NCBI GenBank assembly: GCA_002730525.1
Contig: PCAK01000010.1
Location: forward strand, 43,132-107,131
Direction of reading: 5' to 3'
DNA length: 64,000 bases
Origin: Acidobacteriota bacterium
GTDB taxonomy: Bacteria; Acidobacteriota; Vicinamibacteria; Vicinamibacterales; UBA823
Shown: positions 11,914-19,329 of the stretch, one piece after another
Layout: each line of letters starts with the position of its first letter
How positions within the stretch are numbered: the stretch's first letter is position 1
Program-made: the position numbers and the translations under genes
Notes under the pieces: generated by a model
The model's database searches: none
Seen by the model: only the letters and a program-made list of their open reading frames with translations
Told to the model about the DNA's origin: nothing

Positions 11914-12985
11914 ATCTCCCGCACGACCCGCTCACGACGTCAACCAGACGCAGGTCGGCGGTGTGACCCTGTCGCGCCCGTTCGGCCTGGCGCCGATGGC
12001 AGGGATGACCGACACGGCCTTCCGTCGTCTGGTCAAGCGCCAGGGCGGCTGCGGCCTGGTCGTGACCGAGATGGTCAGCTCGGAGGGCCTCGTCCGCGGC
12101 ATTGACCGCACGCTCGAGTTCGCCGAGTACACGGAAGAAGAGCGCCCCGTATCTATTCAGGTGTTCGGCGGCGATCCGGCCAAGATGGCGGCGTCGGCGG
12201 AGATCCTTGAATCGTTGGGCGCCGACATCGTGGACGTGAACATGGGGTGCCCCGTCCCGAAGATCGCCAAGCACAACGCGGGCTGCAGTCTGATGCGCGA
12301 CCCGGCGCAAGCCGCCACGATCATCGACGCGATGGTGCAGGCGGTGCACATCCCGGTCACCGTAAAGATGCGAGCGGGCTGGAGCGAAGACGAGATCAAC
12401 GCCCCCGAGCTGGCCCGGCGGGTCGAGGGTGTCGGCGCGTCGGCCGTGACCGTCCACGGACGCACCGCGAAGCAGTCGTATACCGGCCGGTCCGACTGGG
12501 GTCTGATCGGCGAGGTTGCGCGCGCGGTCGACGTCCCGGTGTTCGGCAGTGGCGACTGCGTTGAGCCCGCCGAGCTCGGCGACCGCGTGGCCGAGAGCGG
12601 TGCGGCCGGGGCGCTGGTTGGCCGGGGCGCGCTCAGGAATCCCTGGATCTTCGCGCAGGCCCAGGACCTGGCGGCTGGCCGGGCACCGCGTGCAGTGCCG
12701 CTCGAAGCTCGGGGCCGCTTTCTGCTGGACTATCTGGAGTTGCTGCTCGGCGAGGGCGTCGCAGAAGCCGACGGATTTCGGCACGCCCTGCCCGCGGCGC
12801 GCGAGGCGGCGCCGGCGCGGGGTCGCGACCGCTGGGTGGTCAACAAGCTGCGAGCCCTGGGGTCCTGGTACACCAAGGGCCTCGACAACGGGTCACATCT
12901 GCGCCAGCAGATCAATCAGGCCGAATCGATCGCCGAGCTGCGCGCGATCATTCAGGATTTCTTCTTCGACCCAGATCGGGCCTAG
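11897..12985 (+). CDS. dusB: tRNA-dihydrouridine synthase (DusB/NifR3 family)
   Basis: LAPMAGMTD, DVNMGCP, VTVKMRAG, VHGRT, GRGALRNPWIF. Confidence 0.9.
   Translation: MSDPTESPARPAHDVNQTQVGGVTLSRPFGLAPMAGMTDTAFRRLVKRQGGCGLVVTEMVSSEGLVRGIDRTLEFAEYTEEERPVSIQVFGGDPAKMAASAEILESLGADIVDVNMGCPVPKIAKHNAGCSLMRDPAQAATIIDAMVQAVHIPVTVKMRAGWSEDEINAPELARRVEGVGASAVTVHGRTAKQSYTGRSDWGLIGEVARAVDVPVFGSGDCVEPAELGDRVAESGAAGALVGRGALRNPWIFAQAQDLAAGRAPRAVPLEARGRFLLDYLELLLGEGVAEADGFRHALPAAREAAPARGRDRWVVNKLRALGSWYTKGLDNGSHLRQQINQAESIAELRAIIQDFFFDPDRA
12953..12970 (+). repeat. 18-bp inverted repeat, left copy (CAGGATTTCTTCTTCGAC)
   Basis: Exact reverse complement of 14372-14389; encodes QDFFFD at DusB residues 353-358. 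Confidence 0.95.
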
Positions 12986-13401
12986 CGCTTCCGGGGCGGA
13001 CGGCCACCCGGTGAGCGTTTCGCACCTCCCGACTGCCCGGCGGCCTTCTTTCCCGATAGGCTGGCGGTCTTCTTGTCCCGGCGGAACTTACCGGCCTTCG
13101 AAGCCCCCTTCTTCTTGGCGAATCGTGCTCGCGGATCCTCGTGCGTGCCGCCCGGCCGCCACTCACGGTCCCGCTTCGGTCCCGCGGCCGCCGGCCGCGC
13201 GCGCGGGTGACGGCGGGCCGCTTCGCGGGCCTCGGTTGGCGAGGGCCAGAGTCGTCCCCGCGCGAACCACATGAGTTCGGCCTTGGCGTCTTTCTTCCGG
13301 AGCTGATGGAGTGTCGGCATCAACTCCTCCCGGGTGGCCGATCGGAAAGACGTGGCGGTTCCGTCGAGGATGATCGTCCAGTAGGCGTAGCGTGGGGGCA
13401 T
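12982..13401 (-). CDS. Hypothetical protein with basic C-terminal tail
   Basis: Ordered aromatic-rich N-terminus (MPPRYAYWTIILDG...WFARGRLW), 10 nt downstream of the co-directional activator gene. Confidence 0.7.
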   Translation of the reverse strand: MPPRYAYWTIILDGTATSFRSATREELMPTLHQLRKKDAKAELMWFARGRLWPSPTEAREAARRHPRARPAAAGPKRDREWRPGGTHEDPRARFAKKKGASKAGKFRRDKKTASLSGKKAAGQSGGAKRSPGGRPPRKR

Positions 13402-13411
13402 TGTCGTGGCG

Positions 13412-14815
13412 TCAGGGTTGGAGCCGCTTCATCTTCTCGAGGAGCGTCGTGCGCTTCAGGTGGAGCAGGTCGGCAGCCAGGCGCTTGTTGCCGTCGGCGC
13501 GCCCGAGTGCCTGCCGGATCAGTTCGCGCTCGACGTCGTGCACGTAGCGTTCGAAGTCGAGGCCATCGTCGGGGAACGCGACGCGGACGCTCAGCCCCGG
13601 GTCGACGGCGGCCTGGATCTCCGGCGGCAGGTCGGCGGCCTCGATCTGCGTGCGGCCTTGACTGAACGCGAGTGTTCGCTCGATGACGTTCTCGAGCTGC
13701 CGGATGTTGCCCGGCCAGGCGTAGGCCATCAACTGCCGCATCGCTTCCTGCGACAGGCCGACGTCGGGCCGCGGTGGGACGAGTTCGCGTCCGAGTCGTT
13801 CGAGAAAATGTTGCGTCAGGAGCGGGATGTCGTCCCGTCGATCGCGGAGCGGCGGCAACGGAATCGGAATCACGTTCAGTCGGTAGAACAGGTCCTCCCG
13901 AAACGTGCCATCCGCGACGAGCTGAGTCAGGTCGGAGTTGGTCGCCGCGATGACCCGCACATCGATTTTGATCTGCCGCGTGTCCCCGATCCGCTCGAGT
14001 TCCCGTTCCTGCAAGACGCGCAGCAGCTTGGCCTGCAGGGCCGGCGTCATCGTGCCGACCTCGTCGAGGAAGAGCGTGCCACGATGGGCCTGTTCGAGCC
14101 GCCCCGGCCTCGATTCGACCGCTCCGGTGAATGCGCCGCGGACGTGGCCGAACAATTCCGCCTCGAGCAGCGACTCGGGAATGGCGCCGCAGTTCAGCGC
14201 GGCGAGGCGGTGGGCGCTGCGCGGGCTGTTGTGGTGAATGGCCCGGGCCACGAGTTCCTTACCGGTCCCGGTCTCACCGGTAATCAGAATGGTACTGTTG
14301 GTCGGCGCGATCATCTTGAGCCTCTCAAAGAGGTCGCGCATCACCTGGCTGAGGCCAACCAGGCCTTCGAAGTCGAAGAAGAAATCCTGCCGGTAGCGCT
14401 CCTCGAGCTGCGAGCGCAGGTAGGCGTTCTCGCTCTTCAGGCGCCGTTGTTCGAGCGCCGCCGTGAGAACGTGCAACAGCTCGTCGAACTGAAAGGGTTT
14501 GGTGATGAAGTCCGCCGCGCCGACCTTGATCGCCTCGACCGCACCCTTCACCGTGCCGAAGCCGGTCACGACGATCCCGACGATCTCCGGGTAGCGGTCG
14601 ATCGCCGCTTTCAGCACCTGGCTGCCGTCGACGCCGGGCAGCCTGAGATCGGTGACGACGACATCGAAGGCGAAATCCGCCAGTTTGGCGAGGGCCTGCT
14701 CCCCACTCTCCACCTGCGTGACGCTGTAGCCGTGGTCGGTCAGACGCTCGGCGGTCACCTCCCGCAGTGCCGCCTCGTCCTCGACGATCAGCAGATGTTT
14801 TTCATTTTCAGTCAT
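13412..14815 (-). CDS. Sigma54-dependent response regulator (REC-AAA+-Fis HTH; NtrC/FleQ-FlrA-like)
   Basis: REC (IVEDE, TDLRLP, ITKPF), GETGTGKE, GAFTGA, FLDEV, WPGNIRQLEN, C-terminal HTH. Confidence 0.95.
   Translation of the reverse strand: MTENEKHLLIVEDEAALREVTAERLTDHGYSVTQVESGEQALAKLADFAFDVVVTDLRLPGVDGSQVLKAAIDRYPEIVGIVVTGFGTVKGAVEAIKVGAADFITKPFQFDELLHVLTAALEQRRLKSENAYLRSQLEERYRQDFFFDFEGLVGLSQVMRDLFERLKMIAPTNSTILITGETGTGKELVARAIHHNSPRSAHRLAALNCGAIPESLLEAELFGHVRGAFTGAVESRPGRLEQAHRGTLFLDEVGTMTPALQAKLLRVLQERELERIGDTRQIKIDVRVIAATNSDLTQLVADGTFREDLFYRLNVIPIPLPPLRDRRDDIPLLTQHFLERLGRELVPPRPDVGLSQEAMRQLMAYAWPGNIRQLENVIERTLAFSQGRTQIEAADLPPEIQAAVDPGLSVRVAFPDDGLDFERYVHDVERELIRQALGRADGNKRLAADLLHLKRTTLLEKMKRLQP
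14372..14389 (-). repeat. 18-bp inverted repeat, right copy
   Basis: GTCGAAGAAGAAATCCTG on +; encodes QDFFFD at residues 143-148 of the activator, in the REC/AAA+ linker. Confidence 0.95.
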
Positions 14816-14880
14816 TTAGCAGGGTGGCGGTATTTTGACACCCAGCCGTCTGGCGGTCAAGAAGGCGGCGCGGATCGTTC

Positions 14881-14908
14881 TATAGGCTCGGTCACGCCCT
14901 GCCGATAG
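14881..14908 (+). promoter_or_regulatory. Putative sigma28 (FliA) promoter
   Basis: TATA-N16-GCCGATAG versus consensus TAAA-N15/16-GCCGATAA; upstream of the HTH gene, near fliA. Confidence 0.5.
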
Positions 14909-15002
14909 TCATTGGGAACGCGGCAGAGACGCCGTGAGGGGATCGGCGTCGCGAGATTGCAGCCCAACGTTGCAAGGCTCCGCGACGCCAACGAGCAAGA
15001 CC

Positions 15003-15218
15003 ATGATTGTCGACCGAAAGACCATCTCGATCATGAAGGCGTGTGAGCTGGTGGGCGTCAGCCGCCGGACGATCTACAACTGGATCGCCAGCGGCAAGGT
15101 GGAGTACGTCCGCACGGCGGGCGGCTCGGTGCGAATCTTCGTCGACACGTTGTGGCGAGATCCGTCCGGCACCTCGAAAGCCGCGATCTGGCCAGAAACC
15201 GCCCGCAAAGAGGCCTGA
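15003..15218 (+). CDS. Excisionase-like (MerR-type HTH_17) DNA-binding protein
   Basis: ISIMKACELVGVSRRTIYNWIASGKVEYVRTAGGSVRI is a typical Xis-family wHTH. Confidence 0.88.
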   Translation: MIVDRKTISIMKACELVGVSRRTIYNWIASGKVEYVRTAGGSVRIFVDTLWRDPSGTSKAAIWPETARKEA

Positions 15219-15271
15219 GCATCGTGCTCAGCGCCGACCGTGCTCCAGACCCACATCGAGAAAGGACGCAT

Positions 15272-15490
15272 GTGGACGAGCTGACAGATCTCAGCCGGCT
15301 ATTTCATCGGCTGAACAACCAGCTCGGAATCATCCTCGCCAACGCTGAGCTACTCGAAGCGAAAGCCACCGACGAGATGAGCCGATCACGTGCGGCGCAG
15401 ATCGTGGCCAGCGTGCTCGATGCGATGAGCACGGCAGGCGAGATCCGCACCGATCGGGAGTCGCCCGCGTCCGACGCCTCGCACGGCTGA
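15272..15490 (+). CDS. Stand-alone HisKA/DHp-like micro-protein (72 aa)
   Basis: GAAAGGA RBS before GTG 15272; LFHRLNNQLGIILANAELL resembles a kinase H-box helix; no ATPase domain. Confidence 0.7.
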   Translation: MDELTDLSRLFHRLNNQLGIILANAELLEAKATDEMSRSRAAQIVASVLDAMSTAGEIRTDRESPASDASHG

Positions 15491-15548
15491 CCGCGCGTAT
15501 CCCGCCGATCCGCACCCGAGTCACGGCCTCCCACGACGTCCTACGAGA

Positions 15549-15626
15549 GTCAACGTGTTGGCGGCTGCACTGTTTTGCAGTCAAATACTCGACACTTTTC
15601 GGACCGATTCTCGTCAATCCTTCCCG
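15549..15626. promoter_or_regulatory. Putative enhancer (UAS): three GTCAA-N4-TTGAC-like boxes
   Basis: GTCAACGTGTTGGC (15549), GTCAAATACTCGAC (15580), GTCAATCCTTCCCG (15613), spaced 31 and 33 bp; similar GTCAAAATACCGCC on the minus strand at 14826-14839. Confidence 0.45.
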
Positions 15627-15650
15627 CTCTTTCCCGTCGGATCAATTCTG

Positions 15651-15663
15651 CAACCAACTGATT
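15651..15663 (-). promoter_or_regulatory. Putative IHF site
   Basis: Minus strand AATCAGTTGGTTG matches WATCARNNNNTTR; lies in an AT-rich patch between the UAS and the sigma54 promoter. Confidence 0.55.
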
Positions 15664-15726
15664 ATGTTGAAGTTATGCGCAGTGACTCCATTGAAATCAT
15701 GTTCGCTACATTTTCGTTTTTGCGGT

Positions 15727-15741
15727 TGGTACCTCTGTTGC
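15727..15741 (+). promoter_or_regulatory. Sigma54 -24/-12 promoter of fliA
   Basis: TGGTACCTCTGTTGC = GG-N10-GC with TTGC, 100 nt upstream of the fliA ATG. Confidence 0.7.
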
Positions 15742-15840
15742 GATGAAGGGCCTCGCCACCGCGGCTGACCGGGTTCGGCCGGCGTGTCTCCAGCGTCGTC
15801 CCGTTCCGGTGCTCCGCGAGTGGCGAGGAGGGATCTCGAC

Positions 15841-16764
15841 ATGCCGCAGCAGCAGACTGTCACGGCTGACCAACAGCACCGTATCGAGGCCGGCGTCCCG
15901 TTCGTGGAGGCCCTGGCCCGACGCGTCGCGGCGTCGATGCCGCACTCGATCGATATCGGGGATCTGGTGCAGGACGGGATGATCGGCTTGATCGACGCCG
16001 CGCACCGGTTCGACGCGGGGCGGGGCATCAAGTTCGAAACATTCGCCGAGCGCCGCGTGCGCGGCGCCATGATCGACGCGCTGCGCCGCGACGCATGGCC
16101 GCGGGGCATCCGCCGGGTACGCCGCGAACTCGAGGCGGCGCGCGAGTCGCTCCGGCGAGAGCTTGGCTGCGAGCCGTCGATGGCCGACCTGGCCAAGCGC
16201 GTCGGTTCCGACGAGACTCGGCTCGGTCGCACGATCGTGCGGATCAACACGATCGAGTCGACCTCTCCCCTGGCGACGTCAGACTCGATCGACGAGGCGA
16301 GTCTGCCACCGGTCATGGTGCCGTCGGAGCCGCCATCGCCTGACAAGGCGCTGGAGCAGTGTGAGATCAAGGGCCGCGTCCGCGACGCCATCGCCTCGCT
16401 ACCTCCGCGCGAGCGGAAGGTGATCGGCCTGTACTATTTCGGCGAAGTCACGATGAAACGGATCGGTGCCGAGATCGGAGTGAACGAGTCACGAGTGTCG
16501 CAGCTGCACGCGCGGGCGATCCAGCGGCTACGGAAGGCGCTCGCGCAGCAGTTCGAATCGGATGCGGCCGCGGCGAACGCCCTCGGGGCCGTGCTGGTCA
16601 CGATGCCGACACGGGCCACGCGCGCGTCCCGCACCTCGGCGGCCAAGGTGAAGACACCCCGCGGCGTCGTGCTGCCGTATCAGAAGCGGAGTCGACCGAA
16701 GTCGGCGCGCCCGGCCACCCGGCCGTCGGTCGCGGCCGAGGCGCCCCGCGCCGTGGCGCGGTAG
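15841..16764 (+). CDS. fliA: FliA/WhiG family RNA polymerase sigma-28 factor
   Basis: DLVQDGMIGLIDA, FETFAERRVRGAMIDALR, IGVNESRVSQLH; GAGGAGG RBS before ATG 15841; extra basic C-terminal tail. Confidence 0.9.
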   Translation: MPQQQTVTADQQHRIEAGVPFVEALARRVAASMPHSIDIGDLVQDGMIGLIDAAHRFDAGRGIKFETFAERRVRGAMIDALRRDAWPRGIRRVRRELEAARESLRRELGCEPSMADLAKRVGSDETRLGRTIVRINTIESTSPLATSDSIDEASLPPVMVPSEPPSPDKALEQCEIKGRVRDAIASLPPRERKVIGLYYFGEVTMKRIGAEIGVNESRVSQLHARAIQRLRKALAQQFESDAAAANALGAVLVTMPTRATRASRTSAAKVKTPRGVVLPYQKRSRPKSARPATRPSVAAEAPRAVAR

Positions 16765-16773
16765 CGGGACCGA

Positions 16774-18432
16774 TCAGGCCAGGACTTCGCGCGCGACTCG
16801 AAGCAGATCGCCGAGTCGGAACGGCTTGGCGAGCCACCGGCAGCCGGTGTCGTCGAGGAACCGTTCGGCATCGGTGCCGGCGACATCGCCGGTCACGAAC
16901 ACGATTCGCTGCTTGAGGTTGGGCGCGATCTTGGCGGCGGCTTGGTAGAACGCCGTGCCGTCCAGGCGCGGCATCTTCAGGTCACAGATCACGAGGTCAT
17001 AGGTGCGCTCGCGCACGCGTGCGAGCGCGGCCTCGCCGTCACCCGCGCGGTCGACGCGGAAACCCGCATCGCCGAGCGCCTCGGCGACCGCGGCCGCCAG
17101 CGAGGGTTCATCCTCGACGAGGAGCACGACGGCGCCGCCCCCGATGTTCGCGGGCTGGACCGCGGGCGCCGGCGCGGGCAATCGGATCTTTCCAGCCGTA
17201 GCCGGGAACTCCAGCCGGAACGTCGCGCCCTCGTCCGGCGCGGAGGTCAACCCGATGCGCCCGCCGTGTTCCTGCATGATCGCGTAGGCGACAGTCAGGC
17301 CGAGGCCGGTGCCCTTGCCGACCTGTTTGGTCGTGAAGAACGGGTCGAAGATACGGCCCTGCACTTCATCCGGAACGCCCGGGCCATCGTCGCTGACCTC
17401 GAGCACGACGGACTCGGCTTCGGCGTCGTGCCACGTTCGCGTGACGATGGTGCCCTGTCCGCGCGCCGCCAGCATGGCCTGCTCGGCGTTGATGACGAGG
17501 TTGAGGAGGACCTGCTTCACCTGGTGAGGGTCGGCGAAGACCTGTGGGAGGCCGACAGCCAAGGCGTCGATGACCGAGATATTCGAGACCCGCTGTTCGT
17601 ACGCGCGCAGTGACATGGTCTCACGCACGACCTGATTGACATCGACCATGGCGCGCGTCGTGTGCCGCTTGCGGGCGAAGGTCAGGAGGTTTCGGACGAT
17701 CTTCGCGGCGCGTTCGGATTCGCCGAGGATCGTTTCGAGACCACGGCGCGTCGCGTCGTCCACGGTCCGTTCGGCCAGCCGCTCGGACCAGGTCAGAATC
17801 GTGGCCAGGGGGTTGTTCAGTTCGTGGGCGACACCCGAGATCGTCTGTCCCAGTGCCGCGAGCTTCTCGGCCTGGAGCAGCTGGTGGTAGAGATCACGCG
17901 CTTGATCTTCCAGCTTCTTCCGTTCGCTGACGTCGCGCATCAGCGCTTCGACGCGGAGCGCGCTCCCGCGTCTGCGTTCGGCTCGGGCCGTGACCTCGAC
18001 CCACGTCGGCGTCCGGTCGGCCCGCCGCAGGCGGAGGAGGTAGTCGGTCACGGCGCCATCACGGGTGAGTCGGTCGATGAATGCCGCGCGCGCCTGAGGG
18101 TCGACGAAACGGTCGGCTTCGAACGGCACCACGGCCGCGTGGGCGGTCTCCGTCGGGTAGCCGAACATGAGCTTCAGGTGCGGGTTGGCAACGATGGTGT
18201 CGGTCGCGTCGGCCGTGAGGTTACCGATGTAGACACCCTCGTGCACCACCTCGAACAGACGCGCGAACGCCGTGGCGGGCGGGTTTCGGGGCTTGCGCGG
18301 TGCGGGCTTGCGCGTGGATGTTCGAGCGAGTTTTCGGGCGGGCTTTCGAGCGGGCTTCGCTGAGCGCGTCCGGGACACGGTTCGCTTGCGAGTCACGGGG
18401 TGGGCTGCGCCACTCTGGGGGCCTAAGCGCAC
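16774..18432 (-). CDS. Cytoplasmic hybrid histidine kinase (PAS-HisKA-HATPase-REC)
   Basis: PAS-like region ending RDVSERK, AHELNNPL, NLVINAEQA, DDGPG, FDPFFTTK, GTGLGL, C-terminal REC; exact start uncertain. Confidence 0.92.
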   Translation of the reverse strand: MRLGPQSGAAHPVTRKRTVSRTRSAKPARKPARKLARTSTRKPAPRKPRNPPATAFARLFEVVHEGVYIGNLTADATDTIVANPHLKLMFGYPTETAHAAVVPFEADRFVDPQARAAFIDRLTRDGAVTDYLLRLRRADRTPTWVEVTARAERRRGSALRVEALMRDVSERKKLEDQARDLYHQLLQAEKLAALGQTISGVAHELNNPLATILTWSERLAERTVDDATRRGLETILGESERAAKIVRNLLTFARKRHTTRAMVDVNQVVRETMSLRAYEQRVSNISVIDALAVGLPQVFADPHQVKQVLLNLVINAEQAMLAARGQGTIVTRTWHDAEAESVVLEVSDDGPGVPDEVQGRIFDPFFTTKQVGKGTGLGLTVAYAIMQEHGGRIGLTSAPDEGATFRLEFPATAGKIRLPAPAPAVQPANIGGGAVVLLVEDEPSLAAAVAEALGDAGFRVDRAGDGEAALARVRERTYDLVICDLKMPRLDGTAFYQAAAKIAPNLKQRIVFVTGDVAGTDAERFLDDTGCRWLAKPFRLGDLLRVAREVLA

Positions 18433-18476
18433 CGCGGAGATCGGGGTCGTCTAACCTCGGGCCTCGGAGTTTTCGC

Positions 18477-19112
18477 CTACGGCACCGCCGGCGTCGGAGT
18501 CTGGGTCATGTAGTGCGGGCCGTAGCTCCGCTCGATCGTCTCTCGGATGTCGGCCAGTGCCGTGCCCGCCTCGTGCATGTTCATCGCGTCACGCGCGACA
18601 TCAATGCAGATGGCTCAACCCATGCCGTGAGGTTCCCACCTCACGACGTTCCCTTCGGCGTCGCGACTCGCGACAAAGCAATCGTGGTTGTCGCCGTGGC
18701 CGAAATTCTCGCACCCGCAGAAGCACGGGACGTAGTCGAGCACCTCGGGGTTCTCGGCGGCGAACAGGTAGACCGATCGGATGACCTCGAGCGGTCGTGG
18801 GGGTGCGAACCCCGGCATCGGCAGCGGCGGCAGGTTCGATGACGGCAGGGTCCGTGCGACGGGACCGCGGGGCGCCGCCTCCTCGTGTGAGGTCGCCGGC
18901 GTCATGGGCGCGGCAGCGCTGGTCGCTGGTGCCTGCGCACGAGCCGAGGTCGCGGAACCGGCCGGAGGCTGATTCGGCGCCGACATCGACCAGACGCCAG
19001 CCGCGACCGCCGCCACGATTACGCCGAGAATCAGGCCCGTCGGTTTCCCTGACGTCCGGTGTTCCGACGTTCGGCGACGCGCCGTCGGTTCCCGATATTT
19101 CTTCGAAGACAT
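18477..19112 (-). CDS. PCYCGC-motif family protein, probable selenoprotein (Sec at codon 166, 211 aa)
   Basis: YVPCFCGC...NHDCF...WEPHGMG-UGA-AICIDVARD...IRETIERSY...TPTPAVP*; 45 in-frame codons after the UGA complete the family C-terminus. Confidence 0.85.
18574..18608 (-). promoter_or_regulatory. Bacterial SECIS-like hairpin
   Basis: UGCAU-UG-AUGUCGCG-CGUGA-CGCGAUG-AAC-AUGCA; the apical loop starts 21 nt after the UGA and has G at its second position. Confidence 0.6.
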
Positions 19113-19184
19113 GGCCAGATTCTATCATCGTTCACAGGCGGCCCAGGCCTTGGCGCCTCCGAGTCGCATGCTAGACTTCGGGAA

Positions 19185-19295
19185 ATGTCCGCCGATCGCA
19201 CGCTCGCCGACCACGTCGCCGTTATCACCGGCGAGACGATCACGATCGACGGCGGGGCCTGGCTGGGCGGCGGCACCTTCGGATTCGAGGTATGA
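19185..19295 (+). pseudogene. Internally deleted SDR oxidoreductase remnant (36 aa)
   Basis: MSADRTLADHVAV-ITG-ETITIDGGAWLGGG: SDR N-terminus joined to SDR C-terminus at the shared ITG. Confidence 0.8.
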
Positions 19296-19329
19296 CGAGG
19301 CGACACGGTTCCGGAGCGAACGCACGACG

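Noticed and set aside
13406-14908. Long antisense ORFs here and opposite atpD, clpA, UPF0182 and the dehydrogenase genes
   Set aside because: Mirror frames of well-supported genes caused by GC3 codon bias.
15216-15490. UGA stops of the HTH and mini-HisKA genes as possible Sec codons
   Set aside because: No Cys-motif context and no domain continuation after the stops.
18270-18400. KPARK repeats at the kinase N-terminus and basic tails on FliA and the 12982 protein
   Set aside because: Low-complexity basic extensions are common in high-GC genomes and the kinase start is uncertain.
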